Below, in pieces: positions 1 to 9,087 of a stretch of 64,000 nucleotides of DNA. This stretch comes from Candidatus Omnitrophica bacterium UBA6233 (GTDB lineage Bacteria; Omnitrophota; Gorgyraeia; Gygaellales; Profunditerraquicolaceae). The DNA is taken from positions 8,119 through 72,118 of the forward strand of contig DJWJ01000019.1 in NCBI GenBank assembly GCA_002440965.1, written 5' to 3'. The notes under the pieces are model-generated. The model did no database searches and was not told where the DNA came from. It saw only the letters and a list, made by a program, of their open reading frames with translations. How positions within the stretch are numbered: the stretch's first letter is position 1; every line of letters starts with the position of its first letter. The position numbers were made by a program, and so were the translations under genes.

Positions 1-1744
1 CTTGCCAATAATAGTTACCCCGCAGTTTAGGAGGATTATACGGATTAACCGAAACAATTTCAACACTCTTGTCCCGGTCAGCTTCTTTAAGTTTGTTAAA
101 TAACAAAGTAGCTGCATCTTTAACCTTCTCTTCGGACTTACCGCGTAACTTTACAATAATCATATGCTTATACGGAGGAAAATCCAACTGCCTTCTTTGC
201 TTCAATTCTTCTTCGTAAAATAAATTAATATCTTTTTTTAGCAGCGCCTGAAAACAATGGTGCGCAGGCGAAGCTGTCTGAATAAAGAATTTTTTCCCGG
301 TAAGCCTCATTAGCCCGGACAACAGGCCAAAAACCTTTTCCGTAGCCCGGAAATCAACCCGGTTCAAAGCGTTATCTATTCCCAAAACTCCGATAAGGTC
401 AAAATCCAGCCTCACCTGTTTAATAACAGCGCTGGTAGCTATGAATATATCCGCATTTTCCAAACTTGTATTTGCATCATCGATTATCTTAAGGCGCGCC
501 TGCGGAAATATCCTGGCAAGCTCACTCTCTATCTTTTCCGTCCCGCTCCCTGAAAACTTGATATATCCGGAATTGCATTCCGGGCAGATTTTTGGGGCCT
601 CGATTTTATAATTGCAATAATGGCAGCTGAGTAAATCGCCTTTAAAATGATACACCAAATTTATGTTGCAGCGAGGGCACTTAAGTATCTTACCGCAAGT
701 CTGACAGGCGCAGGATGTGGCAAAACCCTTGCGATTAAGAAATAACAGCGTTTTCCCTTTATTATTCAGAACAGTATAAACAGCCTCTTCTAATAATCTG
801 GACAAAACCGCTTTTTTATTCCTATCCTGAAAAGGCAGGCGGCGGGTATCGATAATTTTTATTTCGGGAAAATCTTTTCTTCGAGGGAGAACGATATAGC
901 CGGATTTATTTTTCGCGCATAAATAAAAGCTTTCCAGGGAAGGCGAACCGCTTCCTAAAATAATACTGGCCTGACTTAATTTAGCCCGCAATAAAGCGAC
1001 CTTGCGCGCGTGGTAATGGGGAACCTGATCCTGTTTATACACAAAATCATCTTCTTCGTCGATAATCACTAAACCCAAATCATCCACCGGAGCAAAAACC
1101 GCTGAGCGAGTGCCAAGAACAAGCTTTGCCCCGGATGAACTTAGCTTTAACCACTCTTTAAGCTCTTTGGGTTGCTTACGGAATAAAACTTGCGCCTCAA
1201 CTCCCAAACGCTCCCTAAGGATACCCGCCGCCTTGCTTACTTCCAAGATATCAGGCAATAAAACTATTACTGATAGTTTTTTTTCTAAAGCCCCTTTAAT
1301 CCTGGCGGCATAAATATCCCAACGCGCCTCTCCATCCAAATCATGAATTAAAAAAAGGGACGGTTCTATCTTTCCGGCAGCAGACTCATAAAAAATAGAA
1401 GCGCCCCCTTCTTTATCTGCTATTTTCCCTCTTCTTAAATCCTCAGGGATTGCCGTTTCAATCGCCTCTCCCCAAGAACAATAGTAATACTCGGCAATCT
1501 CCCGGGTAAGATTCAGCATATTCCTGGACAATATGGGAAAACTGTCGATTAACTCCAAAACTGGTTTTAAATTCTTTACTTCGCTTTTTTTAGATAAATC
1601 CACGACGTAGCCGGTTACACGCCTTGGCCCAAAACTTACCCAAACCCTTTTGCCAACCGCAATTTTGGAAACCAGGCTATCCGGAACAATATAATCGAAT
1701 GGCCCGCTAACCGGCAGGCCAACCGCGACTTTAGCGTATAACAT
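1..1744 (-). CDS. priA: Primosomal protein N' (PriA helicase), 5'-partial within window (C-terminus lies beyond position 1)
   Basis: Reverse-strand translation from ATG at 1742-1744 gives MLYAKVAVGLPVSGPFDYIVP (typical PriA N-terminus), later LVIIDEEDDFVYKQDQVPHYHAR (DExH box region) and a Cys-rich zinc-finger block (CQTCGKILKCPRCN...CHYCNYK...CPECNS) near 600-720; no stop down to position 1, hence absent from ORF track. Confidence 0.75.
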   Translation of the reverse strand, partial: MLYAKVAVGLPVSGPFDYIVPDSLVSKIAVGKRVWVSFGPRRVTGYVVDLSKKSEVKNLKPVLELIDSFPILSRNMLNLTREIAEYYYCSWGEAIETAIPEDLRRGKIADKEGGASIFYESAAGKIEPSLFLIHDLDGEARWDIYAARIKGALEKKLSVIVLLPDILEVSKAAGILRERLGVEAQVLFRKQPKELKEWLKLSSSGAKLVLGTRSAVFAPVDDLGLVIIDEEDDFVYKQDQVPHYHARKVALLRAKLSQASIILGSGSPSLESFYLCAKNKSGYIVLPRRKDFPEIKIIDTRRLPFQDRNKKAVLSRLLEEAVYTVLNNKGKTLLFLNRKGFATSCACQTCGKILKCPRCNINLVYHFKGDLLSCHYCNYKIEAPKICPECNSGYIKFSGSGTEKIESELARIFPQARLKIIDDANTSLENADIFIATSAVIKQVRLDFDLIGVLGIDNALNRVDFRATEKVFGLLSGLMRLTGKKFFIQTASPAHHCFQALLKKDINLFYEEELKQRRQLDFPPYKHMIIVKLRGKSEEKVKDAATLLFNKLKEADRDKSVEIVSVNPYNPPKLRGNYYWQ

Positions 1745-2822
1745 CGGAAATTTCCTTACAGCTGAACGGCCTCTTAATCTGCCGCATTGCGTTTCTGACT
1801 CTTTCAAGTTTATCAGGATGGGCTTTAAAATCCAAAACTATATCTTTAATTTCATAAACGTTTTGGGGAGCTAAACCAATGCCGTCCTGGGCCAAAGCTT
1901 CCACATTACCCTCTTCCTGGCCCGGTATTACCGAAATAAATACCGGAGCCAATTCCATATTGAGTATCTCGGCTATGGTAGAACCCCCGGGCTTAGTCAG
2001 GATAATATCGGAAACCGCCATCAATTCCTCGGCGTTATTCACGAATCCGAAAACTTTTGTATTCGGCAGATTTATTTTCTTCATTCTCGCAAAAAGTTTT
2101 TTGTTCGCCGCGCAAACGACCAAAACCTGGGAATCCCGATGTATCAACCTGCTAATCTTTTCAAGCGGGCCGGTGCCAAAAGAACCGGTCATAAGCAAAA
2201 CCGTAAATTTATCCGCCGATATTCCGATTTTAGCTGCCAGGCCCGCGCGATCGAATTGTTTTAAAAACTTGATATCCGACGGTAATCCGCACACCTTTAC
2301 CTTTTCATCCGGCACGCCTTCTTTAAGAAGCTTGTTTTTAGTAAAATCCGAAGCCACTATATATAAATCCGTGCCCTCCTGAATCCAAAAAGGATGCACG
2401 CCAAAATCAGTAATTATAGTCATAACAAAAGATTTTATTTTACCTTTACCTTTTAGATAAACCGCTATTTCCGAAGGCAGAAAATGCGTAGAGATAATGT
2501 AATCGGGGTTTTTACGGATTAAAAACGCGCTAAATTGACGGGTATTGACTTGATCGATTAAAAGCGCAATCATCCGGGTCAAAGGCCGGAACAAGCTGAA
2601 TTCAGTCAACCAGAACGAAAAATGCCAGAGTGAAACCGCATACCTTACAAGAAATGTGTAACCTTTGGTATAGTCGAACCTGAACAAAGCATTTGTTTTA
2701 TCCAATATATCGACTATTTCAATCTCGAGCTCCGGACGGTTCTCTTTAAGATAATTGTACACCGCTTCAGCAACCCTGCGGTGGCCTGCGCCGGCAGACG
2801 CGTAAGTAATTAGTATTTTCAT
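1731..2822 (-). CDS. Glycosyltransferase family 28 / MGDG-synthase-like (UgtP-type processive diacylglycerol glycosyltransferase)
   Basis: 363 aa ORF; N-terminal SAGAGH-type motif (YASAGAGHRR) and GT-B C-terminal domain typical of MurG/UgtP/MGDG synthase family. Confidence 0.55.
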   Translation of the reverse strand: MKILITYASAGAGHRRVAEAVYNYLKENRPELEIEIVDILDKTNALFRFDYTKGYTFLVRYAVSLWHFSFWLTEFSLFRPLTRMIALLIDQVNTRQFSAFLIRKNPDYIISTHFLPSEIAVYLKGKGKIKSFVMTIITDFGVHPFWIQEGTDLYIVASDFTKNKLLKEGVPDEKVKVCGLPSDIKFLKQFDRAGLAAKIGISADKFTVLLMTGSFGTGPLEKISRLIHRDSQVLVVCAANKKLFARMKKINLPNTKVFGFVNNAEELMAVSDIILTKPGGSTIAEILNMELAPVFISVIPGQEEGNVEALAQDGIGLAPQNVYEIKDIVLDFKAHPDKLERVRNAMRQIKRPFSCKEISDVIR

Positions 2823-2830
2823 CTTTAGTT

Positions 2831-2904
2831 AGGGACGGTTCTCAAACCAAGGCAAAACTGTCCCTACCTGGGGACACTTTTAGATTGAGTTGAGAACCGT
2901 CCCT
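2831..2904 (-). repeat. Structured hairpin of the GGGACGGTTCT family, ending 10 nt upstream of start codon of 1731..2822 and overlapping the 3' codons of gmhB
   Basis: 15-bp perfect stem AGGGACGGTTCTCAA (2831-2845)/TTGAGAACCGTCCCT (2890-2904) enclosing inner stem GTCCC(2860-2864)/GGGAC(2871-2875). Confidence 0.6.
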
Positions 2905-3463
2905 GATTTAGCATAAGGAAGTTAGCCGCGCTTTTGAGGTTTTTAAAGATAAAATCCGGCTGAACTTCCCAATTTTTTTGATTCGCAAGTTTTTCTTTTC
3001 CCGAAAGGACAAGAATGGATTTACAGCCAGCGCGATTTGCGGTAATTACATCACGAATAGTATCGCCTATAAAAAATGAACGTGTAATATCGAACTTAAA
3101 TTCCTTTGCCGCATTCTTTAACAACCCGGGCTTTGGCTTGCGGCAGGAACACCCGGCGTCTTTACGATGAATGCAATAATAAACTTTATCTATTTTACCG
3201 CCGGCTTCTTCTACTTCCAGAAGCATCTTGCGGGTAATAGCTTCAAGGGTGCGTTTGGCATATATGCCTCTTCCAACACCAGCCTGATTAGAAGCAATAA
3301 AGATTTTGAATCCGTTCTTGCTTAATTTGGCAATTGCAGATTTTGCGCCTGGCAAAAAACTAAACTTCTTAACCGAAGTAACGTATAACTTATCCCCCGG
3401 ATACCTGTTAATTACTCCGTCTCTATCCAAAAACACTACTTTTTCCATACTCTTGCGCGTCAT
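2864..3463 (-). CDS. gmhB: D,D-heptose 1,7-bisphosphate phosphatase (HAD-family, GmhB-like); true start possibly at Met6 (3448)
   Basis: 199 aa ORF with HAD motif I FLDRDGVIN and GmhB-like Cys-rich insert (CIHRKDAGCSCRKPKPG); C-terminal codons run into the 2831-2904 hairpin. Confidence 0.6.
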   Translation of the reverse strand: MTRKSMEKVVFLDRDGVINRYPGDKLYVTSVKKFSFLPGAKSAIAKLSKNGFKIFIASNQAGVGRGIYAKRTLEAITRKMLLEVEEAGGKIDKVYYCIHRKDAGCSCRKPKPGLLKNAAKEFKFDITRSFFIGDTIRDVITANRAGCKSILVLSGKEKLANQKNWEVQPDFIFKNLKSAANFLMLNQGRFSTQSKSVPR

Positions 3464-3476
3464 TGCAAAACTTTCT

Positions 3477-3522
3477 CGGACAGCGTGGCAAGCTTACCTC
3501 GGACAGCGTGGCAAGCTTATTT
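3477..3522. repeat. Perfect-to-21/23 tandem duplication of 23-bp unit CGGACAGCGTGGCAAGCTTA(CCT/TTT) between gmhB and GT2 gene
   Basis: Read directly: units at 3477-3499 and 3500-3522. Confidence 0.8.
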
Positions 3523-4264
3523 TTTGCATTTCCTTAAATTTAAGATAACTCAATATCTGATACAAAGAATCGAAATAAGCAATCACAAATCCATACATTC
3601 CATCTTTATACGCCTTCTTGCGCAGGTATCTTCTAAAGAACCTATCCACTGCGCGCCAGGCAGCCCAGATCAAAGTCATTTTTCTGCCGGTATTTATCCA
3701 TTTCTTTGCCTCTAAAGTCGATTGCCGGTTGATGCTATTCAGGAAATGTTCTAAATCCGGATAACCCTTATGGACAATGTCGTTTTTTAAATGCCCGCAT
3801 TTTCCGTCAATGATTGCCCGCGGATGGACTTCCGCTTCTTCATATTTGAATTTATCCTTTCTGAAAAGCCTTACCTTTGAAGCCGGATACCAACCTCCGT
3901 ACTTCACCCAATATTTCCCGATAAAATTACGCAGAGGAATATCGTAAGCGACAAACTCGTCGAACTTAATCGCTTCCTCAATCTCATTTTTTAATTCCGG
4001 AGCCACTTTTTCATCGGCATCCAGGCTCAATACCCACAAGTTAGACGCCTGAGCATAGGCCCAATTCCTATGCTTACCTTCTATATCCATCTTACGGTGA
4101 AAGATCTTATTGGTGTAAATTTTGACGATCTCGATGGTTTTATCCGTACTCTCATCGTCAACTACAATAATTTCATTCGCCCATTTTACCGACTCAAGGC
4201 ATTCGGCAATACAAGATTCCTCATTCTTTGTTATAATAACAACGGATAGATTAGCCATTAACAT
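3494..4264 (-). CDS. Family 2 glycosyltransferase (LPS-core type, WaaE/KdtX-like)
   Basis: 256 aa; VVIITKNEE...IIVVDDESTD...SLDADE motifs (GT2 DxD fold); C-terminal tail encoded by 23-bp tandem repeat. Confidence 0.6.
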   Translation of the reverse strand: MLMANLSVVIITKNEESCIAECLESVKWANEIIVVDDESTDKTIEIVKIYTNKIFHRKMDIEGKHRNWAYAQASNLWVLSLDADEKVAPELKNEIEEAIKFDEFVAYDIPLRNFIGKYWVKYGGWYPASKVRLFRKDKFKYEEAEVHPRAIIDGKCGHLKNDIVHKGYPDLEHFLNSINRQSTLEAKKWINTGRKMTLIWAAWRAVDRFFRRYLRKKAYKDGMYGFVIAYFDSLYQILSYLKFKEMQKISLPRCPR

Positions 4265-5369
4265 ACTCCTTTACAGATTGAATGATATAATCTTGCTCTT
4301 CCCGGGATAACTCCGGATAAATCGGTAAAGTCAAAATCTGGCGCGCCGCAATTTCGGCTTCCGGTAAATCGCCTTTTTTATATCCTAAATACTTAAAACA
4401 CTCCTGTAAATGCAGCGGGATTGGATAAAAAACCCGCGAATCAATTCCTTTCTGGCGCAAATATTCCAGTAAACCCTTGCTTTGTCCTTGGACCCGCAAA
4501 ACATATTGGTGGTAAATATGAGTCGTAAAATCCGCGACAAACGGAACCTTGATAGGTAAACTAGCCAGGTTCCGGTTATAAAATTCAGCGATTTCCATTC
4601 TCTTGTTATTCCAGCCAGCAAGGTATTTTAGCTTAACGCCTAAAACCGCAGCCTGAAGCGAATCCAGGCGGTTATTCCGGCCTAAAATCAAATGGATGTA
4701 GTTATTTCTATTTCCCTGATTACGCAAAATCTTTATTTTTTCAGCTAAACTTTTATTATTGGTAAGGATCGCTCCGGCATCCCCAAAGGCCCCTAAATTC
4801 TTACCGGGATAAAAACTAACCGCTCCGCAATCCCCCAAGGTTCCGGACTTCTTACCTTTATATTCGGCCCCGAAACTTTGCGCCGCATCCTCCACAACTT
4901 TTAGTCCGTATTTACGCGCTAATTTCAAAATTCCGGACATATTCGCGCATTGGCCATAAAGATGCACCGGGATAACCGCTTTAATCTTAACCTTGCTTTT
5001 TCTCGCCAGAATCTTTCTAACGCTTTCGACCGAAATATTATAGGTATCTTTATCAATATCGGCAAAAACCGGAACCGCGCCGATAGCCGCCGCAGCTCCT
5101 GCCGTAGCGTAATAAGTAAATGCGGGGCAAATCACTCCCTCGCCGCTCTTAATACCCAAAGCCAGCAAAGCAAGGCTCAAGGCATCTGTTCCGTTGGATA
5201 CCCCAATAGCGTATTTTACATTGCAATATTGCGCAACATGCCTTTCAAACCGCTCCACGCGTTCTCCAAGAATAAAACCGGCATGGTCAATCACCTCTTT
5301 AATCGCCGCATCCAATTCTCCCCTGATAGGAGCTATTTGCTTCTTTAAATCCAAGGCTGGTATTTTCAT
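4251..5369 (-). CDS. DegT/DnrJ/EryC1/StrS family PLP-dependent sugar aminotransferase
   Basis: 372 aa; GVSNGTDALSLAL and SFYPGKNLGAFGDAG motif retaining the PLP lysine. Confidence 0.75.
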   Translation of the reverse strand: MKIPALDLKKQIAPIRGELDAAIKEVIDHAGFILGERVERFERHVAQYCNVKYAIGVSNGTDALSLALLALGIKSGEGVICPAFTYYATAGAAAAIGAVPVFADIDKDTYNISVESVRKILARKSKVKIKAVIPVHLYGQCANMSGILKLARKYGLKVVEDAAQSFGAEYKGKKSGTLGDCGAVSFYPGKNLGAFGDAGAILTNNKSLAEKIKILRNQGNRNNYIHLILGRNNRLDSLQAAVLGVKLKYLAGWNNKRMEIAEFYNRNLASLPIKVPFVADFTTHIYHQYVLRVQGQSKGLLEYLRQKGIDSRVFYPIPLHLQECFKYLGYKKGDLPEAEIAARQILTLPIYPELSREEQDYIIQSVKEYVNG

Positions 5370-5396
5370 TGTTCCTCTTTCGTCAATGACGGAACA

Positions 5397-6488
5397 CTAC
5401 CGCAATAATCCCATTGCCGCCTCAAACACCGCGTCAACAGTTACCTGTTTTAAACACTCCTTATCCTTGCCGCAAACCGGAAGCTTGAAATCCCTGTAAC
5501 ACGGCCGGCATTCCACATCCCATTTTAATACCGGATGGTTCTTCTTATCGGGATACGGACCGTAAACCAACTCACTGACCGGGCCGAAAACCGAAACAGT
5601 TTTTACACCCAAAGCGCAAGCCATATGCATCGGGCCGCCATCATTGGATATTAAAAGATTAAGATTCCTGATTACTGCCGGAAGTATTTCTAACTTAACC
5701 TTACCGGTTAAATCTACCGGCTTATGGGCCATAGCATTAATAATTACTTCGGAAATTGGCTGCTCGGTTTCATCGCCTAAAACTATTATTTTTGCCTTAA
5801 ATTCAGCAGCGAGCCTATCCGCCACCTGCGCAAACTTCAATGCCGGCCAGTGCTTATAAACGGCATCCTTTCCCCAACTTCCTCCTGCTCCGGCGGCAAT
5901 TCCTATTACCAAATCTCCTTTTTCAATCCCCCTGGCCGCAAGCATATTTTGCGCCTTTGACTCGGCTTGGGCAGAAACCATCAGCTCCAAAGGCCTGTTT
6001 TTTGCTTCGAGCTGCAAAAAACGCAGCAAATCCAGATAGTATTCGACTACGTGTTTACCGCTATAAGAAACTAAATCTATTTTGTCCGTAAGGAATCCAC
6101 CCCTATTTTTATAATTAAACCCTACGCGCTTACGGATACCTATAATTTTCGCAAATAAACTATAGCGATAGTCCAAGGAAAAGTCAAAGCAAATATTAAA
6201 GTTACATTTTTTAATCTCCCGCCCGAGTTTTAAGGCCTCTTTCAGCCCGGCAAAAAATGACTCTTGATATATCTTCTTGAGGTCGCCGCGGTTTAAACCG
6301 AAAAGCCGGTTGATTTTAAGGCTTGCTTCCAGTAATGGCCGCACTCTTCTATTGCACCAATACCCAATAAAACAATCCGGGTATTTTTCTCTCAGAGCAC
6401 TTATTAACGGAGTGGTAAATAAAACATCCCCGATGCCAAAAGGATTAATAATCAATATCCTTTTATTTCCGCTACCTGTTGAAATCAT
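5397..6488 (-). CDS. Glycosyltransferase family 9 (ADP-heptose:LPS heptosyltransferase-like)
   Basis: 363 aa; RILIINPFGIGDVLFTTPLI N-term and GGPMHMACALGVKTVSVFGP C-term motifs characteristic of GT9. Confidence 0.7.
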   Translation of the reverse strand: MISTGSGNKRILIINPFGIGDVLFTTPLISALREKYPDCFIGYWCNRRVRPLLEASLKINRLFGLNRGDLKKIYQESFFAGLKEALKLGREIKKCNFNICFDFSLDYRYSLFAKIIGIRKRVGFNYKNRGGFLTDKIDLVSYSGKHVVEYYLDLLRFLQLEAKNRPLELMVSAQAESKAQNMLAARGIEKGDLVIGIAAGAGGSWGKDAVYKHWPALKFAQVADRLAAEFKAKIIVLGDETEQPISEVIINAMAHKPVDLTGKVKLEILPAVIRNLNLLISNDGGPMHMACALGVKTVSVFGPVSELVYGPYPDKKNHPVLKWDVECRPCYRDFKLPVCGKDKECLKQVTVDAVFEAAMGLLR

Positions 6489-7872
6489 CTTCGAATCTTT
6501 CTATATCGTCTTCACCAAGATAACTGCCGGTTTGAACTTCTACAATCTTTAAAGGCTCAGCCGAGGTATTCTGAAGCCGGTGCTTAGTCCTCTTAGGAAT
6601 GTAAATACTCTCATTGCTACGCACAATTTTAGTTTTATTCCCGGCAGTAACTTTAGCCACGCCGGAAACAACCACCCAATGCTCAGCGCGTTTTTCATGG
6701 CGCTGCAAACTCAAACGCTTTCGCGGAAATATTTCAATAAGTTTAATCTTAAAACCCGGGCTATCCCTTAAAACAGTAAAAGTCCCCCACGGCCTTTTTT
6801 CAGTAAAATGGACTAAACGTTCCTTACGGTTGGTTGACTTTAAGATATCAACCACTTTCTTAACATCCTGGGTTTTTCCCCGGTCGCAAATCAAAAGCGC
6901 ATCAGGTGTATCGGCGATAATCAGGTCTCTTACTCCGATTGCCGAAATGAGCCTATCAGCCTTACTAAAAATAGCTACTCCGCGGTTATCCAGATTACAG
7001 GTATCTGCCTGCGATATGTTCCCCGAATCATCCTTTGGGCTAACCTCAGCCAAAGCATCCCAGCTGCCTAGGTCTGTCCAGAAGAAATCAGCCGGGATTA
7101 GCGCGATTTTCCTGGAATACTCCATTATCCCGTAATCAACTGAAATTGGCTTAATCTCCGGCCATACCTTCTTAATATCTTTAACTGACCTGATAAAATT
7201 TAACTGCCTGGATAATTCCGGCAGATATTTACGCATCTCTTCCAGGAATACGCTCGCCTTCCAGATAAACATCCCGCTATTCCAGTAAAAACGCTTGTCT
7301 TTAAAATACTTTTTAGCGTTGCTTAAGGAAGGTTTCTCAAGAAAATCCTCAACCTTATAAGTCGATAGTCGATAGTCGATAGTCGATAGTCGTTCGGCAA
7401 CCCTAATATAGCCATACGCTGTTGAAGGATTGCTTGGTTTTATTCCTATTGTAACCAGGAAATTATCTTTAGCGCAAGCAATTGCTTTTTTGATAGCCTT
7501 CTTAAAATTAGAAATATTCTTAATGTAATGATCCGCCGGTAAAACCACCAAAACAGCTTTCTTATCAAACCGCGAGATTAATTCCGCGCAAAGCCCGATA
7601 GCCGGCGCGGTATTTTTACCAAGCGGCTCCAAAATTATATTCTTATCCGGAATGCCGAATTTAGCGACCTGCGCCTTAACCTCATAAAAATAAATATTAT
7701 TCGTAATGATAAAGGTATTCTTCGGGCTAACGACGCCTTTTAAACGCTGGATAGCCGACTCTAACAGGCTCGCCTCTCCGATTAAACGCATAAATTGCTT
7801 TGGCTCAAGTTCACGTGAAAACGGCCAAAACCTGCTCCCTACTCCGCCAGCCAAGATTACGGCATAGACCAT
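6472..7872 (-). CDS. manC: Mannose-1-phosphate guanylyltransferase / mannose-6-phosphate isomerase (bifunctional type II PMI, ManC/CpsB)
   Basis: 467 aa; N-terminal ILAGGVGSRFWP nucleotidyltransferase motif plus C-terminal cupin (RPWGTFTVL...EHRLQNTSAEPLKIVEVQTGSYLGEDDIERFED); ATG at 7870-7872 preceded by GGAGGG RBS (ORF track start 7875 is a TTG). Confidence 0.8.
   Translation of the reverse strand: MVYAVILAGGVGSRFWPFSRELEPKQFMRLIGEASLLESAIQRLKGVVSPKNTFIITNNIYFYEVKAQVAKFGIPDKNIILEPLGKNTAPAIGLCAELISRFDKKAVLVVLPADHYIKNISNFKKAIKKAIACAKDNFLVTIGIKPSNPSTAYGYIRVAERLSTIDYRLSTYKVEDFLEKPSLSNAKKYFKDKRFYWNSGMFIWKASVFLEEMRKYLPELSRQLNFIRSVKDIKKVWPEIKPISVDYGIMEYSRKIALIPADFFWTDLGSWDALAEVSPKDDSGNISQADTCNLDNRGVAIFSKADRLISAIGVRDLIIADTPDALLICDRGKTQDVKKVVDILKSTNRKERLVHFTEKRPWGTFTVLRDSPGFKIKLIEIFPRKRLSLQRHEKRAEHWVVVSGVAKVTAGNKTKIVRSNESIYIPKRTKHRLQNTSAEPLKIVEVQTGSYLGEDDIERFEDDFNR
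7361..7392. repeat. Heptanucleotide microsatellite (GTCGATA)x4.6 inside manC coding sequence
   Basis: gtcgatagtcgatagtcgatagtcgatagtcg; encodes RLSTIDYRLSTYK in manC. Confidence 0.8.
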
Positions 7873-8017
7873 CAAATATTACCCTCCAGAATATCTACTA
7901 AAACGATTTCATCCATCTCCTTTAGAACGCTTAGTATGCTTCTTTTTAATTTAGGAGTGAACACGCAGGAAAAGAAAAATTTTATTTTTTCCATCTCACC
8001 TTTATCAAGCAAGGCGT

Positions 8018-8572
8018 TTAAAATTCGGATTGCAGCATCTTAATCCTTAATACGCTTATCTTCGCTCTTTCTTTCTTTCTTTCTTTTGACACAATTAGTT
8101 TATGTAAAGCGAAAACTGCCGGATGGGGCAGATTAATTCTTAAACTGCCAATTTTAACATTAATAAGCTTACTTGTAAGCAAGTTAAGATATCTAAGCCT
8201 CTGGGCGTTAACACCAAGTTCGGGTAATTTAAACGGCTGGTCTAAACCTGCTCCTTTTTCCGAAACTAAAAATTCCAAAACAAGATCAGGATGCTCTAAT
8301 TTTATATATCCTTGCGGCCCCTTAAAACCAAGGATAAAACCAAGATCTTTCAATAAATCTTCCAAATCAACCTTGGCTTTTATACCTAATGGCAATGGAA
8401 CAAGCAAATCAACATCTCTAGTTGTTATAGAGGTGACATACTTTGACCCGGAGAAATATTCCTTATAGAAGGGAATGCACCAGCTTCCAACAAGAACCAG
8501 ATTTTTTAACGCCCCCACTTTATCTAATCTGCTTAAAACCTCAATGCACAAATCATACTGACTGTTTTCCAC
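8018..8572 (-). CDS. Nucleotidyltransferase-fold protein (Pol-beta-like NTase, possible toxin/Abi-type)
   Basis: 184 aa; GS-x9-DxD motif (SGSKYVTSITTRDVD) typical of minimal nucleotidyltransferases; no homology to glycan genes around it. Confidence 0.4.
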   Translation of the reverse strand: MENSQYDLCIEVLSRLDKVGALKNLVLVGSWCIPFYKEYFSGSKYVTSITTRDVDLLVPLPLGIKAKVDLEDLLKDLGFILGFKGPQGYIKLEHPDLVLEFLVSEKGAGLDQPFKLPELGVNAQRLRYLNLLTSKLINVKIGSLRINLPHPAVFALHKLIVSKERKKERAKISVLRIKMLQSEF

Positions 8573-8870
8573 GCAAAGAACTCCTCAAAAACTTGATTTG
8601 TTTTCGTAATTTGGATAAATATCCCCTGTATTTAGTTCTATAAAATTTCACATCTTTATAGCGTTTAATTTCAACAGGAGACAACTTTCCTTTATAGCGA
8701 AATTTAACTTTCCCATTCTCTCTTGAAATAACATAAAAATATTCATGCCCCTTGACCTTTTTCTTTATTAGGCTGCCTTTTGGCAGCTTAGCTAACTCCC
8801 TTAAATAATCTTTTTCCATTTGAAGGGAATTATTTAACTCTTCTCTTAACACATTCTTGATCGTACCCAT
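8553..8870 (-). CDS. Small highly basic hypothetical protein (105 aa), overlaps downstream NTase gene by 20 nt
   Basis: Lys/Arg-rich ORF (KKKVKGHEYFYVISRENGKVKFRYKGK), translationally coupled with 8018..8572; function unknown. Confidence 0.3.
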   Translation of the reverse strand: MGTIKNVLREELNNSLQMEKDYLRELAKLPKGSLIKKKVKGHEYFYVISRENGKVKFRYKGKLSPVEIKRYKDVKFYRTKYRGYLSKLRKQIKFLRSSLRGKQSV

Positions 8871-8930
8871 CGCCTTAGCCTCCTGATATGAATATCAAGA
8901 GTATTTTATAATATTCAGCCTTAAAATACA

Positions 8931-8980
8931 ACAAAAAAGTTACCATACAAAAATCAAAACTACATACTTTGTATGGTAAC
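8931..8980 (-). terminator. Rho-independent terminator downstream of heptosyltransferase gene 9088..9993
   Basis: Perfect 13-bp inverted repeat GTTACCATACAAA (8939-8951) / TTTGTATGGTAAC (8968-8980), 16-nt loop, followed on the transcribed (minus) strand by TTTTTTGTTG. Confidence 0.5.
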
Positions 8981-9087
8981 TTTAAGTGTGCCCAAATCCA
9001 CTCTCCTAATGTCCCTAACTAGAATTCTTATACAAATACAAATAATTAACAAATACGTTAACTATCTGCACTTAGCCCATATCAAAT

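Noticed and set aside
1110-1313. 67-aa plus-strand ORF at window start
   Set aside because: Embedded antisense in priA, whose reverse-strand translation is continuous and homologous across this region.
1879-2382. Plus-strand ORFs in the track (for example 1879..2382, 3306..3548, 4950..5348, 6614..7135, 9131..9463, 22491..22946, 35346..35738, 39480..39842, 56480..56818)
   Set aside because: All lie antisense to long minus-strand genes with clear family signatures. They are shadow ORFs with low-complexity composition and no recognisable motifs.
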